From a virus (taxonomy: Duplodnaviria > Caudoviricetes): 64,000 nucleotides of DNA. Positions within the stretch are counted from its first letter, which is position 1, and every line of letters begins with the position of its first letter. Shown in pieces: positions 36,513 through 44,444 of this stretch. The DNA lies in IMG/VR virus record IMGVR_UViG_3300033073_000243, positions 1 through 64,000 of that record; one strand, written 5' to 3'. Under the pieces are notes generated by a model. It did no database searches. It was not told the origin of the DNA and saw nothing but the letters and a program-made list of their open reading frames with translations. The translations under genes were made by a program, and so were the position numbers.

Positions 36513-37189
36513 AAACATTACAAGAACAAGGATATTGTGTTGCCAAAAATGTCTTAGATATCAAATGGATAGAACAACTAAACTCTTTAACTAGTTTACT
36601 AATACCACAGCGTGGGCATGACTATAATTCTAAATATTTTCCAAGACAACGATTAGCAGAAGCAGACAAATTTGCTATATGGTGGAGTCAACAAGTCACT
36701 ACATGGGTAGGGGCTAAGGAAATCAACAATAAATTACTTGAAATAACAGAAGGTTGGTTTAATAATAATTGCGTGTATGTAAGTGATGTTATTAGCAATG
36801 AACCTGGCAATCAATTCGTAAAGCCGCATATAGATAGTCCTTACAGGTTTGATAAGTGGCACGAAAGTTTTGAGCTATTGGGTGTACAATGTATTATTCC
36901 GTTATGTGATTTCAACGAAGAGAACGGTGGCACAGGAATCTATCCAAGCAGTCATTTAAAGAACTGGGATGTGCAGGAATCATATAAAGGCAAATATACA
37001 GCAGAGTTTATGGAACATGTTTATCAACCCGAAATGAATGTAGGAGATGTGTTGATATACAATCCGAGAGTTTTGCACAGTACAATGCCAAACAACACAA
37101 ACACAGTAAGACGGGCGTTGTTAACACATATCACAACAAAAGAAATGGTTGTGGAAATGAAGTCTGTTGATAATATTTGGTTAGAATGA
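36494..37189 (+). CDS. PhyH-like 2OG-Fe(II) dioxygenase
   Basis: PHIDS (HxD), ENGGTGIYPSSH and GDVLIYNPRVLHS (distal His) motifs. Confidence 0.85.
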   Translation: MGQQILKTLQEQGYCVAKNVLDIKWIEQLNSLTSLLIPQRGHDYNSKYFPRQRLAEADKFAIWWSQQVTTWVGAKEINNKLLEITEGWFNNNCVYVSDVISNEPGNQFVKPHIDSPYRFDKWHESFELLGVQCIIPLCDFNEENGGTGIYPSSHLKNWDVQESYKGKYTAEFMEHVYQPEMNVGDVLIYNPRVLHSTMPNNTNTVRRALLTHITTKEMVVEMKSVDNIWLE

Positions 37190-37276
37190 CCAAATTGTGT
37201 AAACGCTTTAATAGGCTAAGGCGTTATTATATTAGCAAGTATAAGTCTTGCTAGATTTCTATCAAAGGAGATAAAC

Positions 37277-37507
37277 ATGAAATCATTAGTCGCTATCATC
37301 GCCGCATTAGGCATCGCTACAGCATTCGCCGCAGAACCTGCAAAAGCACCGGAAGCAGTTAAGGCACCGGCAGCTACAGCAAGTGCTCCTGCTACACCGA
37401 AGGAAATGCCCAAAGTCGAAAAGCCAGCTAAAAAGCACGATAAGAAAGCAGACGCCACTAAAAGCGAACCTGCCAAAGATCAAAAAGCCGAAGCTCCTAA
37501 GAAGTAA
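37277..37507 (+). CDS. Secreted low-complexity Ala/Lys/Pro-rich peptide
   Basis: AAGGAG RBS; Sec signal MKSLVAIIAALGIATAFA followed by PAK repeats. Confidence 0.8.
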   Translation: MKSLVAIIAALGIATAFAAEPAKAPEAVKAPAATASAPATPKEMPKVEKPAKKHDKKADATKSEPAKDQKAEAPKK

Positions 37508-37701
37508 TCCGCTAAGACTTTCTTCGATAAAATTTCTTGGCAGTGATCCATATGACTTACCAGACGACGAAGACATACTGGTAAACAATTTAAGACCTGC
37601 CAGGACTTTTAAATTCGTTCCAATATTTGATGACGAAGTAGAAGACCACATAGCCAAACGCTTAGAGCAAGCTCGTATGTTGGCGTTAAAAGCATACAAA
37701 G

Positions 37702-37726
37702 AAAAGTGGACCTAGTGTCCACTTTT
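37702..37726 (+). terminator. Rho-independent terminator before the early region
   Basis: AAAAGTGGAC-ctagt-GTCCACTTTT. Confidence 0.75.
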
Positions 37727-37796
37727 TATTTTGACACAAATATACCAATGTGTTATTATAACTATACCGACCACTCAACTAAGAAAGGACTCCAAA

Positions 37797-38006
37797 ATGG
37801 CAAAAGTCACTCTAGACCGGGCACTGTTCAAGGTTGTATTCACTGAGTATGATCGGTTCTCTGGTCAAAAGCACTGGGATACCGAGTATTACGACAACGA
37901 AGAAGAAGCTCGCAATCGTGCTATCTCTTATAACAAAGAGCACAATAACCTAGACTATGCGCCTGAATGGTATGTCCGAGCAGACTATGCAGGTAAAGTA
38001 AACTAA
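37797..38006 (+). CDS. Early hypothetical protein
   Basis: AAGGA RBS, ATG 37797. Confidence 0.75.
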   Translation: MAKVTLDRALFKVVFTEYDRFSGQKHWDTEYYDNEEEARNRAISYNKEHNNLDYAPEWYVRADYAGKVN

Positions 38007-38023
38007 AGTATACAAAAAAGAAA

Positions 38024-38332
38024 ATGAAGTCAGTAATTAAGTTAAACGGCAGGCATAAGTTGTACAAGGATTTGCGTATGTCTCATGCCTGGCGTTTTAC
38101 CGATTATGGTAAACATGCCAAGGAAATTCAAGCAATTGAAAGTTTCCTCCGTGATCGTTATGGCGATCAAGAATGGGGATGGAAGTTTCATGTTCGACAT
38201 TCATGGGAATTTAAAAAACAGTGGGCTACATACTGGAGCGACCCCAAGCGAGATCGTCCACGCATTTACTGGATTGGCGTCAAGGATCCTGAAATCATTT
38301 TGATGGCGGGTCTGTGCGGGCTCACGACTTAA
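38024..38332 (+). CDS. Early hypothetical protein
   Basis: Trp-rich 102-aa ORF. Confidence 0.65.
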   Translation: MKSVIKLNGRHKLYKDLRMSHAWRFTDYGKHAKEIQAIESFLRDRYGDQEWGWKFHVRHSWEFKKQWATYWSDPKRDRPRIYWIGVKDPEIILMAGLCGLTT

Positions 38333-38367
38333 TTGACACAAATTGGTTTTGGGCATATAATACAAGT

Positions 38368-38592
38368 ATGAAAAGAACCAATGACATCCTACAGTGGGCG
38401 GGCACAATTTGTATACTTTCTATGTATGCAGTTATGAGCTTTCGCAAAGACCTTTATCCGCTTAACTTGATCCTAGGTGTAGCAGGAAGTATACTTTTTC
38501 TTACATGGGCTTGGCGAACAAAAAATACTCCCCAGAGTATTGTAAACCTTGTTTCTGTAGTAATTTGTAGTATAGGTATCTACAATTCATAA
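38368..38592 (+). CDS. Early small membrane protein
   Basis: Three hydrophobic segments; ATG 6 nt after TATAAT. Confidence 0.7.
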   Translation: MKRTNDILQWAGTICILSMYAVMSFRKDLYPLNLILGVAGSILFLTWAWRTKNTPQSIVNLVSVVICSIGIYNS

Positions 38593-38648
38593 ATTGGCAC
38601 AAATTGGTTCTTGCGTTATAATACATACATGAACAAAACAGGACTGAA

Positions 38649-38825
38649 ATGAAAATCTTCATTGTACAAATCGATATGTCTGACGCTTACGATGGCACCG
38701 ATTGGCAAAATGCTGACTTGGCTTTCAAGTCCAAAGAACATGCGGAAGCTCACATCGAGCAAGTAATCGAAGAATACGGCATTGAGCGTAAAGGCCTGCG
38801 TATTGTTGAATTGGAGTTGGTATGA
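38649..38825 (+). CDS. Early 58-aa hypothetical protein (not in ORF track)
   Basis: AGGA RBS; MKIFIVQIDMSDAYDG...IVELELV*; ATGA overlap with the next gene. Confidence 0.7.
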   Translation: MKIFIVQIDMSDAYDGTDWQNADLAFKSKEHAEAHIEQVIEEYGIERKGLRIVELELV

Positions 38826-39031
38826 ACGAACGAATTAACGAACTTATCAAACAGTCATACAAGACTGTCCAATTTGAGAGCGGGTATTCGCAAACATATT
38901 TCAGCCAAGAAAAGTTCGCCGAGTTGATTATTGCTGAATGTATTGAGATTGCCCGCGAAGAAGAAGGCCATTCGCCTTTTGAAGGTCCTGTAGAAACTAA
39001 GATTAAACTATATTTCGGAGTCGAAGAATGA
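38822..39031 (+). CDS. Early hypothetical protein
   Basis: MNERINELIKQS...EKFAELIIAEC...YFGVEE, a common phage small-protein pattern. Confidence 0.75.
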   Translation: MNERINELIKQSYKTVQFESGYSQTYFSQEKFAELIIAECIEIAREEEGHSPFEGPVETKIKLYFGVEE

Positions 39032-39318
39032 ACCTGCAAACCGTAGCAGAGAACCTGCGTAACACAATTGCCGGCAAGGAAAAGTATCTTGCTCAAGTTG
39101 ATTCTGCTCTTGCTGAAGGTGTCGCTAGTAGTCAACTTCGTATTGCATTGTCAACTACCCAAGAGTTTCTGCAAATCAATATTGACGAACTCAAGCGGAT
39201 CCTATCCGATGTAGAGAAGTGTGTGGACAAGGATGTAGAACAAAGCTGGCGTGACAATCCGGACCGTATGGGCGGACAGTTTACGCAAGATGAAATTGAC
39301 AATGCGGAGAAATGGTAA
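39028..39318 (+). CDS. Early hypothetical coiled-coil protein
   Basis: Coupled ORF ending RMGGQFTQDEI. Confidence 0.7.
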   Translation: MNLQTVAENLRNTIAGKEKYLAQVDSALAEGVASSQLRIALSTTQEFLQINIDELKRILSDVEKCVDKDVEQSWRDNPDRMGGQFTQDEIDNAEKW

Positions 39319-39566
39319 TGATTAAGATTGACGGGCTAACTGCCGAGCAGGTTGACATGCTGGAAATTATTTGGAGTTTCAAAAGCAAAGACGAATACTT
39401 CGACTGGCTTGAACAACTTGACGAAGATGACATGGAAATGGCACAAGGGCTAATGCGTCTGCTTGCTATTGCAATAATCGACGAGGCTCAAGAAGAACTT
39501 ACAGATCCTTACAAAGATGCAAGATTGGTTATCCAAAAGATCCAATCAAAATTTGACACAAAATAA
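39318..39566 (+). CDS. Early hypothetical acidic protein
   Basis: TAATG coupling. Confidence 0.65.
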   Translation: MIKIDGLTAEQVDMLEIIWSFKSKDEYFDWLEQLDEDDMEMAQGLMRLLAIAIIDEAQEELTDPYKDARLVIQKIQSKFDTK

Positions 39567-39590
39567 ATAAACCAGTACAATAGAAGAATT

Positions 39591-39755
39591 ATGAAACGAG
39601 AGATTATCACTGCTAAACTGCCAAAACAGAAGCGCCGTGCTGACTTCTTGTTCCATAACGGGCAATTCAAACCAAAGACAGAGCAAAACCGCAAAGCCTA
39701 TAATCGCAAGAAATTGGCAAAAACGGATATTGACACAAATTTGGATGGTTGCTAA
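39591..39755 (+). CDS. Early 54-aa basic peptide (not in ORF track)
   Basis: MKREIITAKLPKQKRRADFLFHNGQFKPKTEQNRKAYNRKKLAKTDIDTNLDGC*, directly behind the promoter at 39553. Confidence 0.6.
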   Translation: MKREIITAKLPKQKRRADFLFHNGQFKPKTEQNRKAYNRKKLAKTDIDTNLDGC

Positions 39756-39825
39756 AATAGAGGTATGGTGAGCAATGGTGCAATCCATACATTTTTACAC
39801 ACACAGAGAAAAGGAAACTTTTAAA

Positions 39826-40086
39826 ATGGCTACTTCTAAGACTTTCAAGGTTATCGGTATTTCTACCCTTAACGGCAAAACTAAAGTTCGCTTTGCGAAC
39901 GATTTGGCAAGTCGCATCAAGAATCTTGTCAAGAACAACCACACCGACGTGGAACTGTTCGAGCTGCCTGAGGCTATGACTAAGGAAGCTGGCATTGCTT
40001 ATGCCAAGGCGAACAACCTGTTCGCAGTACCTGCAGACACAGACACTTCTGCAGAAGATGTAGTTGCCGCCGCTCAAGGCGAGTAA
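39826..40086 (+). CDS. Early hypothetical protein
   Basis: AAGGA RBS; MATSKTFKVIGISTLNGKTKVRFAND. Confidence 0.75.
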   Translation: MATSKTFKVIGISTLNGKTKVRFANDLASRIKNLVKNNHTDVELFELPEAMTKEAGIAYAKANNLFAVPADTDTSAEDVVAAAQGE

Positions 40087-40145
40087 CCCCTACAAGCGGT
40101 GGGGGTGCAATTCCCCCACACTTTCCCTAACTTTAAGGATAATCC

Positions 40146-40367
40146 ATGAGTAGATTACAACTGCATGGCAGACCGTGGGTGGTATTTGACGCAAAAAACA
40201 AAGATCATCGCCGGTGGTTTGCTGACTTTAATGAAACACTGTCGTGGGGTCGTTGTCCTGTTCGTTTTGTAGTAAATGACGATCATGGCGACTTGCTCAC
40301 AATGATCCAACGAGAACTTATTAAATTTTATGTCGACAAAGAATTCAAAACCAAACAACCTGCCTAA
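40146..40367 (+). CDS. Early hypothetical protein
   Basis: AAGGA RBS; RPWVVFDAKNKDHRRWF...SWGRCPVRF. Confidence 0.75.
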   Translation: MSRLQLHGRPWVVFDAKNKDHRRWFADFNETLSWGRCPVRFVVNDDHGDLLTMIQRELIKFYVDKEFKTKQPA

Positions 40368-40439
40368 GTCCATTCCTAGTTCAACTGGTGGAATCATCAC
40401 TTTTACGCCCACTGGTTTGATCCACACAGCCGCAAAGCG

Positions 40440-40766
40440 TTAATTGACACAAATTCATTTTGGTCATATAATACATACATAGCGTAACAAAACAGGAGCA
40501 CATTATGTCTAAACGCAATTCGCAAATCAGCCAAGACATTGCACGACTGAAAGCATGGTTGAGCACTTTTGGTTGCAATACTATTTTCCGGAATCAGATT
40601 TATATCGAATTCCAAAAAGGTATCGAGGGTCTAGTCCGTAAAGCCGAAGCTCTTGGTATTCTAAAACGTCTGCCTAAAGTCAAAGGCGCTGTGGCATTCC
40701 AAATCGTTTAATTGACACAAATTCATTTTGGTCATATAATACATACATAGCGTAACAAAACAGGAG
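40440..40766 (+). repeat. Exact 59-bp direct repeat (promoter plus RBS cassette) flanking one gene
   Basis: ttaattgacacaaattcattttggtcatataatacatacatagcgtaacaaaacaggag at 40440-40498 and 40708-40766. Confidence 0.95.
40505..40711 (+). CDS. Early hypothetical protein inside the direct repeats
   Basis: CAGGAG RBS; the stop codon lies within the second repeat copy. Confidence 0.75.
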   Translation: MSKRNSQISQDIARLKAWLSTFGCNTIFRNQIYIEFQKGIEGLVRKAEALGILKRLPKVKGAVAFQIV

Positions 40767-40772
40767 TCGAAG

Positions 40773-41129
40773 ATGGCGTTTGTTTCCCAAGAGCTGAAAG
40801 CTAAACTGGCACCCCGCATTAAGGCAATTTGCAATAAGCATGGTGTTAAGGCTTCCATTGCAGTTCGCAATCATATGACACTGGTACTCAATATCAAATC
40901 TGGAAAGATTGACTTTGGTGGTACTAACATTGATGTGAACACTTATTGGTATAACGAACACTTCAAAGACAAGCCTAAAGCACTGGCTTTCTTGAGCGAA
41001 GTCATTCCTGCAATGAACAATGGCAACCACGACCGTAGCGACATCCAGTCTGACTACTTTGATGTAGGTTGGTACATTGACGTTAACATCGGCAAGTGGA
41101 ACAAACCGTACACTGTCGAAAGTGTTTAA
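40773..41129 (+). CDS. Early hypothetical protein
   Basis: CAGGAG RBS; ends SDIQSDYFDVGWYIDVNIG, a familiar phage early-gene pattern. Confidence 0.8.
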   Translation: MAFVSQELKAKLAPRIKAICNKHGVKASIAVRNHMTLVLNIKSGKIDFGGTNIDVNTYWYNEHFKDKPKALAFLSEVIPAMNNGNHDRSDIQSDYFDVGWYIDVNIGKWNKPYTVESV

Positions 41130-41193
41130 TAGACACAAATCCCCAAACCTCGTATAATACACATATTGCAAAACAATTTAAGGAGTAAATGCA

Positions 41194-42303
41194 ATGGCTA
41201 AGAAAGATGCAGTGACCGAAGGTCGTACAGTTAAAATTAGTGAAGCCAAGCGACTGGTTCGTCGTGCAATGGCTGTCAAGCGTCCCGTTTTTATGTGGGG
41301 CCCTCCAGGCGTAGGCAAGTCCGATCTGGCTGCTCAGCTGGCAACAGAAATGGGCGGTGCTCTTGTTGACGTTCGCTTGAACCTTTGGGAACCTACTGAC
41401 ATTAAAGGTATCCCGTATTACAACTCTAAAGAAAATACAATGAGCTGGGCTCCTCCTAGCGAACTGCCTACTAAAGAGTTTGCCTCAAAGCATCCTATCG
41501 TTGTTCTGTTCTTGGACGAACTTGCAGGTGCTCCTCCTGCTGTTCAAAGTGCGGCTTATCAGCTGATCCTGAACCGCAAGGTTGGTACTTACGAACTGCC
41601 TGACAATGTTGTCATTATGGCGGCTGGTAACCGAATGACTGACAAGGGTGTTACTTATCGTATGCCTACTCCGCTGGCTAACCGTTTCGTTCACTTTGAA
41701 CTGCGAGTTGACTTTGCTGACTGGAACGTCTGGGCTCTACAAAATCGTATCCACCAAGACGTGGTTGGTTACCTGAACTATGCTAAGGGCGACCTGTACA
41801 ATTTCGATCCTACTGTCCATGACCGTAGCTTCGCAACTCCTCGTTCTTGGAGCTTTGTGTCTGACCTGCTTGACGACACTATGACTGAAAACGAGCAGAC
41901 TGACATGGTGGCAGGTTGTATTGGTGAAGGCCTTGCAATTAAGTTTATGGCTCATCGCAAGATCAGTGCCGATCTGCCTAACCCTGCAGACATCCTTGCA
42001 GGTAAGGTTAAGGAACTGAAGATCAAAGAAGTGTCCGCTATGTACTCTTTGACTACTGGTATGTGCTACGAGCTGAAGGACGGTTACGATAACGCCAAGA
42101 AGACTGGCAAGCTAGACACATGGCATAGCCAATGTGAACACTTTATCCAGTTCATGATGGATAATTTCGAACCTGAAATGGTTATCATGGGTGCTCACAC
42201 TGCGCTCAAGAACTACAACCTGCCGTTCGACCACAAGAAGCTGAAGAACTTCCCAGACTTCTTCAAGCGTTATGCACATCTCGTCGTCGACGTCAGTAAC
42301 TAA
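41194..42303 (+). CDS. MoxR-like AAA+ ATPase
   Basis: Walker A GPPGVGKS, Walker B LFLDEL, AAGN, PLANRF and TPRSW motifs. Confidence 0.9.
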   Translation: MAKKDAVTEGRTVKISEAKRLVRRAMAVKRPVFMWGPPGVGKSDLAAQLATEMGGALVDVRLNLWEPTDIKGIPYYNSKENTMSWAPPSELPTKEFASKHPIVVLFLDELAGAPPAVQSAAYQLILNRKVGTYELPDNVVIMAAGNRMTDKGVTYRMPTPLANRFVHFELRVDFADWNVWALQNRIHQDVVGYLNYAKGDLYNFDPTVHDRSFATPRSWSFVSDLLDDTMTENEQTDMVAGCIGEGLAIKFMAHRKISADLPNPADILAGKVKELKIKEVSAMYSLTTGMCYELKDGYDNAKKTGKLDTWHSQCEHFIQFMMDNFEPEMVIMGAHTALKNYNLPFDHKKLKNFPDFFKRYAHLVVDVSN

Positions 42304-42333
42304 TGGGGCGGGGGACTTGATCCCCCTTTCCCC
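42304..42333 (+). terminator. GC-rich hairpin after the AAA gene
   Basis: GGGGA-cttga-TCCCC with flanking GGGG/CCCC. Confidence 0.45.
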
Positions 42334-42340
42334 TTATGTA

Positions 42341-42616
42341 ATGCAACTGGCATATGGAGATCTAGATTATGTTAGAAGTGTGTTTGGTACTACAGATATC
42401 AACAGATATGATCTAGAACTTTATTATAATAATGCTAGCAAATACTGGACAAAGATAACAGGTGTAGAAGAAAAGATGCGAGAGCAGATAGGTAAATGGC
42501 TCAGATCATCTAATATGCGTGGTTTGGATTATTGGTTTCCACTAGGCAGAAATGCTATGTGGTTTAAGTATCCCGAAGATGCCTTCGCTTTTAGTTTAAA
42601 GTTTGGAATAAAATGA
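42341..42616 (+). CDS. Hypothetical protein
   Basis: Fills the gap; ATGA overlap with the pilin gene; start uncertain. Confidence 0.5.
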   Translation: MQLAYGDLDYVRSVFGTTDINRYDLELYYNNASKYWTKITGVEEKMREQIGKWLRSSNMRGLDYWFPLGRNAMWFKYPEDAFAFSLKFGIK

Positions 42617-42858
42617 TGAAACAAAAAGGTTTTACTCTTATTGAACTAATGATTGTCGTTGCCTTTATTGGCATTCTGGCGGCTATCGCTATGCCGGTCC
42701 TAATGGGTACTGCATCAGGTTCTAACAACACAATCAGCGTAGGATGGAATGGTCTTACAGAAGTGCGATGCATCGAAGGCTACAAGTTTGTAGTCGGCGA
42801 AAACGGACAAGCACGCCAAATCCTAGATGAGTTCGGTAAAGGTGCAAGGTGCAATTAA
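42613..42858 (+). CDS. Type IV pilin-like mini-protein
   Basis: Class III signal KQKG|FTLIELMIVVAFIGILAAIAMP with Glu5; C-terminal Cys pair. Confidence 0.85.
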   Translation: MMKQKGFTLIELMIVVAFIGILAAIAMPVLMGTASGSNNTISVGWNGLTEVRCIEGYKFVVGENGQARQILDEFGKGARCN

Positions 42859-43146
42859 ATGAGTTTCTTCGATTGGTTCAAAGGAAAGAAAATGGAAAAG
42901 GAAAATAATGTGATTAATTTTCCGCCACTTAAACCAGTTGAGCCGGTTAAACCAGTACAACCAGTGCCGCCGGTTAAACCAGCACAGCCCCGTAATGAAA
43001 ATCGAGAACACTACCGCATCGGTTGTACCCCAGCTGGTATGACTACACTTACTATCATGTCACATGACGGTATGTCTATTACATTGTCAATGAATGAAGA
43101 AGCTTGTGAGCAGATGATTAGGATGCTCAGGGCTACTTACGAATAA
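42859..43146 (+). CDS. Hypothetical protein with PV(K/E/Q) repeats
   Basis: KPVEPVKPVQPVPPVKP stretch. Confidence 0.65.
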   Translation: MSFFDWFKGKKMEKENNVINFPPLKPVEPVKPVQPVPPVKPAQPRNENREHYRIGCTPAGMTTLTIMSHDGMSITLSMNEEACEQMIRMLRATYE

Positions 43147-43197
43147 TTGACATAAATTCATTTTGGCTATATAATAAAGCATTACTAAGGAATTCAT

Positions 43198-44403
43198 ATG
43201 AAACTTGACGTTCGTGACCGCCTAACTAAAGCTCGTGTTAAGATGCTTCTCAAGCATCCTTTCTGGGGCAACTTGGCAACCCGACTTAAATTGGTAGAAG
43301 CTAGCGACTGGTGCCAAACTGCGGCAACTGATGGTCGCCACTTTTATTACTGTACCGATTTCATTAATCGTCTGGACGATGACGAACTCGTGTTCTTGTT
43401 TGGACACGAAGTAGGTCACTGCGTTTACAACCACATGAGCCGCCGTGGCGACCGAGATCCACAAGTTTGGAACATGGCAGGCGATTACCTTGTTAACGAC
43501 ATGCTAATCCAAAACAATGTGGGTCGCAAAATTACTACTGTCCCTATCTTGCACGATACAAAATATCGTGACATGACTGCGGAAGAAGTTTACGACGAGC
43601 TGATGAAGAACGCTGTCAAAATCCAAATGACCCTGGACATGCACATGGACGGCTCAGGTGAAGAAGCTGAAGATAAAGATGGCAACGGCAAAGCATCTGA
43701 CGGCAAGTCTAAATCCAGTGGCATTAAGATTGACGAAGAAGCGATGAAGAAGATTCGCGACGAGATTAAAGAAGCTGTTCTGCAAAGTGCCCAAGCGGCA
43801 GGTGCAGGTAACACTCCTGCTGGCATCCGTCGTCTGATCCAACAATTCACTGCTCCTAAAATGCGCTGGCAAGACCTGCTTCGCATTCAACTGGAATCTA
43901 GCTTGAAGAATAACTATAGCTTTATGCGTCCTAGCCGTAAGGCATGGCACACCGGTGCAGTACTGCCCGGCATGTTGCCAGCAGAACACTTGGATGTCGT
44001 TATTGCTATTGACACTTCGGGTTCTATTACTGAAGAAATGGTGCGGGACTTCTTAAGTGAAGTACAAGGCATGATGGAAATGTACACTACATATTCTATC
44101 CTTGTGTTTACTTTTGATACCCAAGTTTACAACCCTGTCGTTTTTAGCGACGACTACGGCGACGAACTTTCCGAATACGATGTCCAAGGTGGAGGCGGTA
44201 CAGACTTTGATGTCTGCTACGAGTACATGAAGGAACAAGGTATTGAGCCGAAACAGTTCATCATGTTTACTGACGGTTATCCGTTTGGTAGCTGGGGTGA
44301 CCCGGACTACTGCGATAGCTTGTTTGTTGTGCATGGCAATGACAAGATCGAAGCACCATTTGGAGTTACTGCTCACTATGAGTTTCAAAAAGTAACTGCA
44401 TAA
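43198..44403 (+). CDS. DUF2201-type metallopeptidase plus VWA domain protein
   Basis: TAATDG, HEVGH (HExxH), MIDAS IDTSGS, GGGTDF and FTDG motifs. Confidence 0.88.
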   Translation: MKLDVRDRLTKARVKMLLKHPFWGNLATRLKLVEASDWCQTAATDGRHFYYCTDFINRLDDDELVFLFGHEVGHCVYNHMSRRGDRDPQVWNMAGDYLVNDMLIQNNVGRKITTVPILHDTKYRDMTAEEVYDELMKNAVKIQMTLDMHMDGSGEEAEDKDGNGKASDGKSKSSGIKIDEEAMKKIRDEIKEAVLQSAQAAGAGNTPAGIRRLIQQFTAPKMRWQDLLRIQLESSLKNNYSFMRPSRKAWHTGAVLPGMLPAEHLDVVIAIDTSGSITEEMVRDFLSEVQGMMEMYTTYSILVFTFDTQVYNPVVFSDDYGDELSEYDVQGGGGTDFDVCYEYMKEQGIEPKQFIMFTDGYPFGSWGDPDYCDSLFVVHGNDKIEAPFGVTAHYEFQKVTA

Positions 44404-44418
44404 CATAGCAGAGCATAC

Positions 44419-44444
44419 AAAAAGGGCAGGCAACTGCCCTTTTT
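44419..44444. terminator. Bidirectional terminator between convergent genes
   Basis: AAAAAGGGCAG-gcaa-CTGCCCTTTTT with a GNRA loop. Confidence 0.85.

Larger units (their letters stand above)
37731..43175 (+). promoter_or_regulatory. Array of 9 near-identical early promoters, TTGACAcAAAT...N17...TATAAT
   Basis: -35 boxes at 37731, 38333, 38594 (TTGGCA), 39553, 39730, 40444, 40712, 41130 (TAGACA) and 43147; each has a -10 box at a 17-nt spacer. Confidence 0.85.

Noticed and set aside
37383-37715. 110-aa ORF as given in the track
   Set aside because: Its 5' half overlaps the secreted-peptide gene. The 3' part (DDEVEDHIAKRLEQARMLALKAYKEKW) may be a real small gene, but I could not identify a credible start.
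40099-40119. tRNA suggested by GTGGGGG-TGCAATT-CCCCCAC (T-arm-like hairpin)
   Set aside because: Only about 12 nt separate it from the upstream stop, and no D-arm, anticodon arm or acceptor stem can be built; treated as a simple hairpin.
40440-40766. CRISPR or IS terminal repeat interpretation of the 59-bp direct repeat
   Set aside because: Only two copies, consisting of promoter plus RBS; no transposase, inverted repeats or spacer-sized intervals.
9775-44433. Numerous opposite-strand or alternative-frame ORFs in the track (for example 9775-10428, 13744-14148, 19518-19934, 29944-30543, 40680-41171, 58015-58554)
   Set aside because: They lie wholly antisense or out of frame to well-supported genes, lack RBSs and recognisable motifs, and are shadow ORFs.
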